Below, in pieces: positions 51,134-60,490 of a DNA stretch of 64,000 nucleotides. Source of the DNA: an uncultured delta proteobacterium (GTDB taxonomy: Bacteria > Desulfobacterota > Binatia > UBA9968). Under the pieces are notes generated by a model. The model was not told the DNA's origin and ran no database searches. It saw only the letters and a program-made list of their open reading frames with translations. Made by a program: the position numbers and the translations under genes. The stretch lies in the NCBI GenBank assembly GCA_963737905.1, contig CAVTUQ010000025.1:32001-96000 (forward strand). Direction: 5' to 3'. Numbering within the stretch: the first letter of the stretch is position 1; every line of letters begins with the position of its first letter.

Positions 51134-51308
51134 GTAGCTTCGGAGAGGCTCGGCAGTGAGACCCGGGCACGGCTCTTTGCCTTCTTTCACTTTCGGCTTT
51201 GACCATTCATCCTTGTTTAACCCGCCGGTGACCGGAGATGCGGGCTCGAAAATCGAGCCTAACAGGTGATATAGACGAGCCGCTCGCTATCGTGTAGAAT
51301 TTTCGCTG

Positions 51309-51539
51309 ATGAAAATACTCAAAGCTAAGTATGAAAACGGGCAAGTGAAATTGACGGAGCCGGCGCCAGAAGCCGGACCCGTCGATGTGGAGGTCGTGTT
51401 TCTTGACCGAGATGATCAGCGTTGGGACGAAATCATTCGAGACCCTGGGCTCAGGCCGGCTCTTTGCGCTGAGGCCGATCAGGTTCTTGAGGACTATCGG
51501 GTAGGTAAAACGGCGCCTCTGGACCCCGAAAAACTCTGA
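51309..51539 (+). CDS. putative antitoxin (AF2212/DUF104-like N-terminus)
   Basis: LKAKYENGQV; acidic C-terminus; coupled to the downstream toxin. Confidence 0.65.
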   Translation: MKILKAKYENGQVKLTEPAPEAGPVDVEVVFLDRDDQRWDEIIRDPGLRPALCAEADQVLEDYRVGKTAPLDPEKL

Positions 51540-51805
51540 ACAGCCGAACACATCCTCGCTTTTGGGACCGCTACCGTAAACTTCCTGCTCAGGTTCAGGA
51601 AGAAGCCAGAAAAGCCTATCGCCTTTTCAGTCAAAACCCCGCTCACCCGAGTTTGCGGTTTGAGCGGCTGGCCTACGATCCTCGTCTCTGGTCGGTCCGC
51701 GTAACAAGTTCATATCGTGCCGTAGGTGTACGCGAAGGAGAGGAGATCATCTGGTTCTGGATCGGATCTCACGACGAATTTGACCGAACGTTCCCTCGCC
51801 GATAG
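51536..51805 (+). CDS. RelE/ParE-like toxin with apparent CTG start, absent from the ORF track
   Basis: 89-aa open frame: FWDRYRKLP...NPAHPSLRF...WSVRV...YRA...WFWIGSHDEFD; CTGA overlap. Confidence 0.75.
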   Translation: MNSRTHPRFWDRYRKLPAQVQEEARKAYRLFSQNPAHPSLRFERLAYDPRLWSVRVTSSYRAVGVREGEEIIWFWIGSHDEFDRTFPRR

Positions 51806-51954
51806 CTTCTTCTCTAAATTGCTGTATTCTGTCCCAAGGAAATCCGCTGACGCCGAGAAGCGGGCGATCGTCCACCATCTTCAGCGCAAATTCGCGGAGA
51901 CCTCGGATTGGTCAGCAACAGTGGGAGACCGCTTACCCGAAGCCGGTTGAGGTA

Positions 51955-51991
51955 CATTTCGAGGTTTCGAGAATTATCAAAACGTGGAAGT
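51955..51991 (+). repeat. 37-bp palindromic repeat, copy 7
   Basis: CATTTCGAGGTTTCGAGAATTATCAAAACGTGGAAGT. Confidence 0.9.
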
Positions 51992-52300
51992 TCCGCCAGG
52001 AACGGAGGACTAAGTCCCGCAGGATCTCCGAACACGATCACGAGCCACGAACATGGCCCTTTACCCCTTTTGTCAGAACCGGGCCATGCGGGCGCCGGGG
52101 TTACGGATAAGACCAAGCCGCACGATCCTTTTCTCGAGGATGGAGCCAAGCGGAAAATGCGCTCCTTCTGTTCACGCCCTCCACGGCGCTCTTTACGGAG
52201 AGCGATCTTTTTATCGCGATAATTCTTTTCAAGACTGTCCAATATTAGACAGCAATCCCTCCCGGGAGAGGCTATCAAGAGCCTTAAAAAGGAGAGAGTT

Positions 52301-52858
52301 ATGAATCCTCTAATATTGATCGCTGTACCCTTAGGGTTGGTGATCCTGGGCATGATATTGAACAGCCACGATCTCGGGTTCAATCAACCGCCAAGCTCGA
52401 CGGAGCAAGATCCGGTTAAGAGATTGACTGCGGAAAAGGAATCTTACCGCCAGTTTTTTGACCGGCAGCGCAAACGAGCGGTGACCAGGCAGAAACGGGT
52501 CGGGCAATATGGCTGGTTGCTGATGGCCGCCTTTATCGGCGCTTTCATCTGGCTATATATGGATACGGTGAATAAGACCAGCCTTTCGAGTCGAGTTGCC
52601 GCGCTTCAAACATTGGGAACGGAAGAAGGTAAACAGATGGTTCTCTCGGTGACGCTGAGCGACGGGAACAATGTCAAATACTTGATCAAATTACCCCAAG
52701 CCGACAAATTAAATGCTCCCGCAAAAGAAGACGTTAAGATAGAAAAGGTCTCATCCTGGGAGCTGGAAAGATTAGGCACGGCATTGAGTACCGGCGATAA
52801 TCCGTTACCTATGGGTGTCGCGCTGAAGATTTCCCAAGTAGCAAAGGAAGCCAGATAG
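52301..52858 (+). CDS. hypothetical two-TM membrane protein, paralog B
   Basis: Shares the identical 27-aa stretch VTRQKRVGQYGWLLMAAFIGAFIWLYM and upstream DNA with 43205-43765. Confidence 0.8.
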   Translation: MNPLILIAVPLGLVILGMILNSHDLGFNQPPSSTEQDPVKRLTAEKESYRQFFDRQRKRAVTRQKRVGQYGWLLMAAFIGAFIWLYMDTVNKTSLSSRVAALQTLGTEEGKQMVLSVTLSDGNNVKYLIKLPQADKLNAPAKEDVKIEKVSSWELERLGTALSTGDNPLPMGVALKISQVAKEAR

Positions 52859-52946
52859 AGCCGGGGATTTCTAGAGATCGTCGTTGGCGCAGATGCGTCT
52901 CGCATAAATGGCTCTAAGTTTAATCTACAAAAGGAGGTAACTGAAA

Positions 52947-53510
52947 ATGGAAAACAATATCGAGACCAATCCCATGAACCATGACATCTTGGCGGGAAGG
53001 TGGAAGCAAATGCGCGGCGAGCTCAAAACGTGGTGGGGCAAACTCACCGATGACGACGTCGATAGAATCGGCGGTCAGAAGGACAAGCTGATCGGTCTGA
53101 TCCAAGAGCGATACGGGTATACTCGCGAGCAGGCCGAGCAAGAGATTGAGCGGCGCTTTCAAGAGTATGGCGACAAGACAGGCGGGGTCGTTGCCAGTAT
53201 GTCGGCCAAGGCCCGAGAGCTCGGCTCGACTGCAGCGAGAAAGGCGAACGAAGGGGCACCCGTTATCGGTGAGAAGATGAAATCGCTGGCGAGCGTGATC
53301 CGTGAAAAGGCGCCGCGCGAAGGCAAGATAGGCACAACTGCAACCAAAGTAGCGGGCGGGTTAGAATCGGCGAGTTATTATCTGCAAGAGAAGAAATTCG
53401 AGCATCTGGGAGAAGACTTGAGTGGCCTGGTTCGTCGCTACCCGCTGCAGGCGCTGTTGGTCGGTCTTGGTTTAGGCTTTTTGCTCGCCGGACGTAAGAA
53501 AAAGGAATGA
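52947..53510 (+). CDS. CsbD-family stress protein with C-terminal membrane anchor
   Basis: GRWKQ.RG...WWGKLTDDD...IQERYG; ends VRRYPLQALLVGLGLGFLL. Confidence 0.85.
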   Translation: MENNIETNPMNHDILAGRWKQMRGELKTWWGKLTDDDVDRIGGQKDKLIGLIQERYGYTREQAEQEIERRFQEYGDKTGGVVASMSAKARELGSTAARKANEGAPVIGEKMKSLASVIREKAPREGKIGTTATKVAGGLESASYYLQEKKFEHLGEDLSGLVRRYPLQALLVGLGLGFLLAGRKKKE

Positions 53511-53782
53511 ATGATCAGAAAAGCTATAAGAGAAGCATGAGCACCTCTAGCAAGGGTGCTGAAAAAGAAATCCAAGATCAGACTTGAGTTCCCGAATTGG
53601 CACCTCAAGCTGGTGATTCTCGGGTTCTTGTCAGAGGGAGGTGATTTTTTATGGCGCATGATCACAAATATATTATCGCGGACGATCAGGAGACCAGTGA
53701 AATCAGCTCACTAAAGGGGGCGGGTCCTGGGGTCAAATCTTTATTCTTGACATTCATGCCTCGCTTCGCATAAAAAATCGAC

Positions 53783-54250
53783 ATGGCGCGACCACTGAGA
53801 ATAAACTACCCCGGAGCTTTTTATCACGTGACCTGCCGCGGCAATGAACGGAAGACCATTTTCGCTGATGACCGGGATCGGTCGATCTTTCTCGACAAGG
53901 TCAAAACATCCAATGAGATTTATCAGGTTCGGATCCATGCCTACGTGTTGATGAGCAATCACTTTCATTTGATTGTTGAGACGCCGAAAGGGAACCTTTC
54001 CGAGTTCATGCGGCATTTCAATATCACTTACACTGCAGCCTATAATCGCCGCCACAACCGGATTGGCCACCTCTACCAGGGAAGATTCAAAGCGATCTTG
54101 ATCGATGCTGACAATTACCTGCTGGAACTCAGCCGATATGTGCACTTAAATCCAGTACGATTGGCCTCGTATAAGGGGCGGATGAGCGTGAAAAGATCAA
54201 GGATCTAAAGTGCTATCGGTGGAGCAGTCTTGGAGGATATCTCAGCTCGC
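53783..54250 (+). pseudogene. Y1 HUH transposase (RAYT-like), frameshifted and 3'-truncated
   Basis: MARPLR, YHVTCRGN, MSNHFHL, YVHLNPVR; YRWSS appears in another frame near 54215. Confidence 0.8.
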
Positions 54251-55416
54251 TCCCGCCTATACACGATAACCTGATGTTTGCGCTCTGGATCGTATCCCTG
54301 CCATTTCGCCGCAGCCACGTCCTCTGGAGCAACTCGGCGAAATCCGTGTCGCTCAAACAATCGCTGAGCTCCTTCCTGAGTCGTACTAGCAAACAAATAC
54401 GAAAAGCCGCGCTGTTCTCCTTCCGCGATCATCGCTGCTACCAAGCGGCCGCCAATTCCCTCTCCCTGGAATCGCGTGATGGTGTACAGCCCAACAATTT
54501 CACCGGCATTTTCCTCGGGATAGGGAAGCAAGGCGCAGAAGCCAGCGAAATCTCCGGAGACAGTCCCGAGTCGCGCACCATATCCATGCAACAGTAGCTG
54601 ACCAATCTCTTCGGGCGCACGTGCCTTGAGATATCTTTCTCGCTCGCCACGTTCGAGTAGCTTCTCGACCTCATGGAAATCGTCAATGCCTAAACGTTCG
54701 ACTCTGCAGTAGTCAGTCAGGGTGAATAAGGTTCCAGACCCCTCATAAGTGAACAACTCTCGCGCGAGACCAGCGATGGGGCACAGCGAAACTGAAGAGA
54801 CACCTCCTTCCAACACGGCTCGAACCGTCTCCAGCAAGGCACGACGGTCGCCCAGGCCGGCCCACTCGGCTTCTCCCTGTCGCAGAAGTTCTCCCAGAAC
54901 AGGACCATTCATGAAAGACAGACGACTGCCGCCCATGCTGACGCCACCCGTGGGATCGAGGAGAATCAATTTGTGCACTTTGAGGCGAACCGCGAGCTGT
55001 TGAACACAGGAAATAAATGACGGGGGCACCTGCGAAGACCAGAGGCCAACAAAGAGCGGATAGGTACGCAGAACGGACCAAATCTCGGCGAGACGCAAAT
55101 TTTCACTCGTTTTCTGCGAGAGATCGATGGGAGAAACACAATGAGCGGCGGTTTTCAGAGCGAGTTGCTTGGACAAGCGATCGACCACCATCTCCACCCC
55201 GTGCCGATCGCGCGGGTTGTCGCCTACTTCGATCAGCAGCAAGACACGAGTTTCGTTTGTCAATAGTGCGCTGCATACCTCTACGAGTTCCTGGGCATCG
55301 TTTTCTGTCGCCGCATCGGCAGCGTGCAGGGCAAAAAAGAAACTTGTGTCATGAAACTCATCGAGGAAGAAATCCTTCTCGGCAAGCGGCAATATCGAGG
55401 TGTTCACTTGTTCCAC
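54205..55416 (-). CDS. amino-acid N-acetyltransferase-like (ArgA: kinase-like + GNAT)
   Basis: ELFTYEGSGT, CALLPY, FQGEGIG acetyl-CoA motif. Confidence 0.7.
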   Translation of the reverse strand: MEQVNTSILPLAEKDFFLDEFHDTSFFFALHAADAATENDAQELVEVCSALLTNETRVLLLIEVGDNPRDRHGVEMVVDRLSKQLALKTAAHCVSPIDLSQKTSENLRLAEIWSVLRTYPLFVGLWSSQVPPSFISCVQQLAVRLKVHKLILLDPTGGVSMGGSRLSFMNGPVLGELLRQGEAEWAGLGDRRALLETVRAVLEGGVSSVSLCPIAGLARELFTYEGSGTLFTLTDYCRVERLGIDDFHEVEKLLERGERERYLKARAPEEIGQLLLHGYGARLGTVSGDFAGFCALLPYPEENAGEIVGLYTITRFQGEGIGGRLVAAMIAEGEQRGFSYLFASTTQEGAQRLFERHGFRRVAPEDVAAAKWQGYDPERKHQVIVYRRERAEISSKTAPPIAL

Positions 55417-55675
55417 TCGAATGTTCCTGCAATAGGAATCAGCATCTTATCTGCCCCCCACAACCACGTCACTTCCGGTTTCATTACGAACGACCGTCAT
55501 GGGCAGATTATATCCGCAATGTTGCGTCTAATTGATAGTATATCGAGATTCGCTGAGTATCTATGACCCCTTTTTTTCTGGCTCGCGCAAAAGAAAGTTC
55601 ACTTCTATTCATTGTCTAGTCGGATTCCGGTCTGAGTTGCGAAAGCGGTCTTAGCTTGGTACGGGTTATTGCGAA

Positions 55676-55930
55676 ATGAAACCCATAAGACTCTCGGTGC
55701 ATGCGTTGAGTTATATCGTCAAGCGAGGATTTACAGTTGCCGAGGTGGAAGACACGATAGGGACTGGCCGGTGGGAACCGGCGGAACTCGGCCGGATGGA
55801 TTGCCGCAAGACATTTCTGTTTAACCGAAAATGGAACGAGAGACTCTATGCAAATAAGGAAGGGCGGCCAATTTTCGTTGAAGAAGCGGATGAAATCGTG
55901 GTTGTGACGGTTTATACTTATTACTCATGA
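55676..55930 (+). CDS. DUF4258 toxin-like protein
   Basis: SVHA....KRG, IVVVTVY. Confidence 0.75.
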   Translation: MKPIRLSVHALSYIVKRGFTVAEVEDTIGTGRWEPAELGRMDCRKTFLFNRKWNERLYANKEGRPIFVEEADEIVVVTVYTYYS

Positions 55931-55945
55931 CGGGGGAAACATTAT

Positions 55946-56164
55946 ATGAAGATTAGTTACGATTCAGAAGTCGACGCGCTGAGCATCACGTTCCGCGAAA
56001 CAACCGTGACCACCAAGCATTTGGGAGAAGGGATAGCGGCTGACTACGACGCAGACGGAAAGTTGGCCGGCATAGAAATCCTGGATGCTATCAAGCGCTT
56101 CGGCGGGAAAGAAACGTTACGTCAGGTCGTTATTGAGGGCCTCGGTCCCACGCAAACCACTTAA
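55946..56164 (+). CDS. DUF2283 protein
   Basis: MKISYDSEVDAL, DYDADGKLAGIEILDA. Confidence 0.85.
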   Translation: MKISYDSEVDALSITFRETTVTTKHLGEGIAADYDADGKLAGIEILDAIKRFGGKETLRQVVIEGLGPTQTT

Positions 56165-56200
56165 ACTTGTCCGCCAAAATGTTTCGCTTGTTGAACGAAG

Positions 56201-56495
56201 CCCGGTACCGGGTCGCCCAGCGCAACGCATTGATTAAACGATAGAAGACTGTATCAATAGCGCGGTCTATCTAAACAGCAGCCAGTTCCAGTCGTTCCAA
56301 TCGTTCAATCGCTTCGCTCCATTCATCACGGGGATCAGTCCGTTCCCGGTTTTCCAATCGTTCAATCGCTGCGATTACCAAAACGAAGCCACTTCGTTCA
56401 AATCGTTCAAGCCGTTCAACCGCTTCGCTCCGTTCAAACCGTTTTAAGCCTAATGCAGGTTCCAAGCGTTCCAAAGTTCCAGTTGTTCCAATCGC
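56201..56495 (+). repeat. boundary element C plus nonamer tract (copies at 59941 and 63151)
   Basis: CCCGGTACCGGG...GCATTGATT...AATAGCGCGGTCTA...CCAGTTC followed by CGTTC(A/C)A repeats. Confidence 0.75.
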
Positions 56496-56651
56496 TCATA
56501 ACTGGTAATAAAACCATTCCAGTTCTATACACAAAAATAGCAAGTCAAAGACTTTGGCTATGAGGATAGCAAGTTGGGGCGCTACAATTTCCTGAGCCCG
56601 GCCGTTCTTATAGCAGATTGCGTTCTACCGGGGTTCTTATAAATTAGGTGC

Positions 56652-56876
56652 ATGCCTATCGATCGTATCACGATCAAACCGGATGTGTGCGGTGGTGAGC
56701 CGACAATTCGCGGCATGCGAATTACGGTGAGCCATGTGCTTGAAATGCTTGCCGGCGGAATGACACCGGAGCAAGTCCTGCAAGACTTCCCGTATCTTGA
56801 AAAAGCCGACATTGATGCGTGCCTTGAATATGCGGCACGTCACGTGGCCCATCGCGAAATCCCGCTGACCCAGTGA
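56652..56876 (+). CDS. DUF433 antitoxin
   Basis: RITIKPDVCGGEPTIRGMRI, DFPYL. Confidence 0.9.
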   Translation: MPIDRITIKPDVCGGEPTIRGMRITVSHVLEMLAGGMTPEQVLQDFPYLEKADIDACLEYAARHVAHREIPLTQ

Positions 56877-56888
56877 AGTTTCTTGTCG

Positions 56889-57866
56889 ATGTCGAAACTC
56901 AAGCTCACGCTCGCGTGCTGGGACTATGATCGCACCCGTCCGCTCATCGATGGTCGCGTCCAAGCGGAAGGCATCGATTTGGAGATCAAGGTCATGCGTC
57001 CGCGCGAGACCTTTCCCCGGATGCTGGAGCACCAAGAGTTCGAGGTTTCGGAGCTATCGCTCGGCTCTTACGTGAGCCTGAAGGGTCGCGGCACTTGCCC
57101 CTTCGTTGCCGTGCCCGTTGCGCTGTCCAAGATCTTTCGCCACTCGTGTATTTACATACGGACCGATGCGGGTATCAGGACGCCTCAGGACCTCCGGGGC
57201 AAACGGGTGGGAACTACGCAGCTCGGCTCTACCGCCACCATCTTCATGAATGGGATGCTGCAACACGAGTACGGTGTGACATTGGACGATATTCAATGGT
57301 TCATTGGCGGATTAACAACGCCGACCCAGCGACCGTTGATTCCGTTGAAGCTGCCGGAGAAAATCAAGGTCGAGTTTCTGCCGTCGGACCGGACACTGGA
57401 GGGAATGCTGGAGAGCGGGGATCTTGACGCGTTGCTTGCGATATTTATCCCCTCCCTCTTTCAGAATGGCTCGCCTTGCATAGCGCGCCTGTTTCCGAAC
57501 TACTATGAGGTAGAGGAGGACTATTATCGCCGCACCGGCATCTTCCCGATCATGCATACGGTGGTGGTGCGCGACGATATTTATCGAGAGCACCCGTGGG
57601 TGGCCCGGAGCATGTATAGGGCCTTCTGCGAAGCTAGGGATCTAGCGATCGACGGACTCTACGACACGGACGCGCTGCGCCTTTCGCTTCCTTGGCTGAT
57701 CAATCACATCGAGGAGACCTGGCGGGTTTTGGGGAAGAATTTCTGGGCGTACGGGTTGGAGCCGAACCGGCCGGCGCTGGAGGCTATCGGCCAGTATGTC
57801 TACGAACAGCGTTTCTCACCCCGCGTCGTTAGGCCTGAGGAGCTGTTCGTAGCGAACGTGGAGTAA
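56889..57866 (+). CDS. 4,5-dihydroxyphthalate decarboxylase-like protein
   Basis: LACWDYDRT, EVSELS, FRHS, TGIFPIMH, YGLEPN. Confidence 0.8.
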   Translation: MSKLKLTLACWDYDRTRPLIDGRVQAEGIDLEIKVMRPRETFPRMLEHQEFEVSELSLGSYVSLKGRGTCPFVAVPVALSKIFRHSCIYIRTDAGIRTPQDLRGKRVGTTQLGSTATIFMNGMLQHEYGVTLDDIQWFIGGLTTPTQRPLIPLKLPEKIKVEFLPSDRTLEGMLESGDLDALLAIFIPSLFQNGSPCIARLFPNYYEVEEDYYRRTGIFPIMHTVVVRDDIYREHPWVARSMYRAFCEARDLAIDGLYDTDALRLSLPWLINHIEETWRVLGKNFWAYGLEPNRPALEAIGQYVYEQRFSPRVVRPEELFVANVE

Positions 57867-57901
57867 TGAATGGATGAACGGCACTCGCGGACACCGGAAT
57901 G

Positions 57902-57929
57902 TCTCCCGCAAAGGCGCCAAGGCGCGAAG
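57902..57929. repeat. REP-like repeat resembling the empty IS110 target
   Basis: TCTCCCGCAAAGGCGCCAAGGCGCGAAG versus reconstructed TCTCGCGCAAAGGCGCAAAGGGCGCCAAG. Confidence 0.6.
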
Positions 57930-58029
57930 TGAACCAAACCGTCCTTGCCACGACGCTGCCCCATAGAATAGGATAAGACTCTGTTTCAGCCAGTGTTCGT
58001 GACTCGAGGAAATCTACGAGGGGCACGCC

Positions 58030-59337
58030 ATGTTCGACCCTAAAAGCCTGATCATAGACAACCCGAAAGAGGGCGTCTTCCGAGTCCATCGCTCCGCCAT
58101 GACATCACTCGAGGTTCTTCAGACGGAGCAGGAGCGGATATTCAACAAATGCTGGCTGTATTTGTGCCACGAATCAGAAGTAGAGAATCCGGGCGATTAC
58201 CGGCGCCGGAATGTGGCGGGGAGGCCGCTTTTCTTCGTGCGCGGCAGCGATGGCAAGCTCCGGGTTTTCCTGAACACATGCACGCACAGAGGCGCGCTCA
58301 TTTGCCGGCACGACCAGGGGCATGCCGACGTTTTGCAATGCTTCTATCATGCCTGGACCTTCAACAATCAGGGCGATCTCGTAGGCGTGCCGGATGAGGC
58401 AGGATACGGCAACTGTTTCAACCGAGCGGAGATGGGCCTCAAGTCGCCGCCGCGGGTAGATAGTTACCGCGGCTTTATTTTTGTGAGCTTCAATCCCGAT
58501 GTTGAAGAACTGGTGACCTATCTAGCGGGCGCTCGGGAGTATCTGGACCTGATTGTCGACCAGGCCGAAGAAGGCATGAGGATAATCCGGGGTTCCAATC
58601 GATACTCTATCAAGGCCAACTGGAAGCTGCTGGTCGAGAACAGCCTGGATGGATACCACGTCAGGCCGACTCACAAGACTTACTTTGAATATGTAAACAG
58701 CCTGGGGATAAACACAAGCGGGGTGCAAACCGCATTCAGCCGGCCCGCCCGGGTCCTCGGCAACGGTCATGCGGTGGAGGAACACGACGGGATAAGGGGC
58801 CGGCCCATCGCTCGTTGGAGCCCGCTCTTCGGGGAAGAGAACAAAGAGGAAATCGCCACGATCCGCGCAAGACTAGTGCGGAAGTTCGGCGAGCAGAGGG
58901 CTCGTCATATGGCGGATATAAGCCGAAACCTCCTAGTCTATCCTAATCTCCTCATCATCGACTCTATCGACATCACCGTAAGAATATTTTGGCCCATAGC
59001 TCCGGACCTGATGGAGGTGACAGCCTGGCAGTTGGCTCCCAAGCAAGAGAAACCCGAACTCCTCGCGCGCCGGCTGGACAATTTCCTTACCTTCCATGGG
59101 CCGGGAGGATTCGCCACACCGGACGACGTCGAAGCGATCGAATCCTGTCAAGCGGGCTATAAAGCCGAGGGGGTCGAATGGTCCGAACTATCCAGAGGCA
59201 TGCACCGAGAAGCGATCGCCGAGGACGAGCTTCAGCTGCGGGCGTTCTGGCGCCAGTGGTTGGGCCATATGTCAGGGCTGGGGAAAGTTGAAACCAACGA
59301 CCCGCTGGTCAGGGAGAGGGCGGCGCTAGCCCGCTAA
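58030..59337 (+). CDS. Rieske ring-hydroxylating dioxygenase alpha subunit
   Basis: CTHRG...CFYHAW Rieske motif; NWK..EN..DGYH...TH mononuclear iron site; TPDD. Confidence 0.93.
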   Translation: MFDPKSLIIDNPKEGVFRVHRSAMTSLEVLQTEQERIFNKCWLYLCHESEVENPGDYRRRNVAGRPLFFVRGSDGKLRVFLNTCTHRGALICRHDQGHADVLQCFYHAWTFNNQGDLVGVPDEAGYGNCFNRAEMGLKSPPRVDSYRGFIFVSFNPDVEELVTYLAGAREYLDLIVDQAEEGMRIIRGSNRYSIKANWKLLVENSLDGYHVRPTHKTYFEYVNSLGINTSGVQTAFSRPARVLGNGHAVEEHDGIRGRPIARWSPLFGEENKEEIATIRARLVRKFGEQRARHMADISRNLLVYPNLLIIDSIDITVRIFWPIAPDLMEVTAWQLAPKQEKPELLARRLDNFLTFHGPGGFATPDDVEAIESCQAGYKAEGVEWSELSRGMHREAIAEDELQLRAFWRQWLGHMSGLGKVETNDPLVRERAALAR

Positions 59338-59351
59338 CGACGAGAGCGATC

Positions 59352-59864
59352 ATGGCGGAAGCAATCCCCGCTGGGAACCATAGCAGCGTACTTGCTTTGC
59401 GCGAGAGGGTGGAGGACTTTCTTTATCAAGAGGCGGCTCTTCTGGATGCATGGCGCTTGGATGAGTGGTTGGCTCTTTTCACCGCCGATGGCAGATATGT
59501 GGTCCCGACCACGGACCTTCCGGACGGAGATCCCCAGAAGGACCTGGTGTTTATCGACGATGACATGGTACGGCTGCGGGCCCGGGTGGAAAGACTGAAG
59601 AGCCGCCACGGTCACAGAGAATATCCTTCCTCTCGCACCCGGCGCTTCATTACCAATGTACGGATCAAAGTAGAAGACGGCGGCATCGTCGTGACTTCCT
59701 CGTTTCTCGTCTATCGTTTCCGCATGGCGGAATCGAGCCCCTATGTGGGTTGGTACGAGCATAGACTGAAACAGGTGGACGGGCAGTTGAAGATCCACCA
59801 CAGGAAAGCCGTTCTCGACATGGAAGCGCTGAGGGAGCACGGAGCGGTGAGCATCATCCTATAA
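59352..59864 (+). CDS. ring-hydroxylating dioxygenase beta subunit
   Basis: FLYQEAALLD, RTRRFITNV. Confidence 0.9.
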   Translation: MAEAIPAGNHSSVLALRERVEDFLYQEAALLDAWRLDEWLALFTADGRYVVPTTDLPDGDPQKDLVFIDDDMVRLRARVERLKSRHGHREYPSSRTRRFITNVRIKVEDGGIVVTSSFLVYRFRMAESSPYVGWYEHRLKQVDGQLKIHHRKAVLDMEALREHGAVSIIL

Positions 59865-59940
59865 GGCTCTGACGCTAAACATTTCCGGCCTTTACCAGAA
59901 ATCATCGGCGGATCGAAAAATCCTGCTCGAAAATAAAGCT

Positions 59941-60200
59941 ACCTGCACCGAGTCGGTCCGGCGCAAGGCATTGATTTAGGAAAAGAAGATTGTATAAATA
60001 GCGCGGTCTAGCTTCCGCCAGTTCAAAGTTCAATGTTCAAGAGTTCAAGGTGAACTTCCACCTTGCTGCGTTGAAACCGACGCTCTCACGCAAAGGAAGT
60101 TTGTTCAAGTCGTTCAACCGCTTCGCTCCGTTCAAAACGTTTTCAGGCTAACATCCGTTCCAAGAGTTCCAAAGTTCCAGTTGTTCCAATCGTTCCGCTC
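59941..60200 (+). repeat. boundary element C copy 2 with heptamer and nonamer tracts
   Basis: GGCATTGATTTAGGAAAAGAAGATTGTATAAATAGCGCGGTCTAG; 60103-60195 closely resembles 56425-56495. Confidence 0.75.
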
Positions 60201-60304
60201 CAAGTATCAGGAAAGATCGAGACTTGGCGGGTAACGTGTTGCCCATGGGAATTCCTAAAATCCACGTTTTTGTGATAGCAACGACGACAGGCTAAGGAAC
60301 ATCC

Positions 60305-60490
60305 GTGGCGATCCTTCTGTATTTCGATACAAATGTGCTTCGCCGCCCTTTCCAGATCAGACAATAAGAAGGATTCGGAGGGAGACCGAAGCCCTTGAAC
60401 GCATCCTAGAAAAGACACAAAGCAAGGAGGCTGCCTTTATTACGTCGGATATCCTCGTTTTTGAGATTCAAAGGATTGTCTCGCCGGGCT
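60305..60490 (+). pseudogene. PIN-domain toxin remnant
   Basis: LYFDTNVLRRPF|DQT.RRIRRETEA...SDIL.FEI, frameshifted and truncated. Confidence 0.55.

Noticed and set aside
43809-51991. 37-bp palindromes as a CRISPR array
   Set aside because: Gaps range from 13 bp to about 2.7 kb and contain genes; no cas genes are present.
43809-51991. Classical integron or CALIN attC sites
   Set aside because: No RYYYAAC/GTTRRRY ends, no extrahelical-base pattern and no intI in the window.
56271-56474. ORF with ERLERFER repeats
   Set aside because: Translation of the non-coding nonamer tract.
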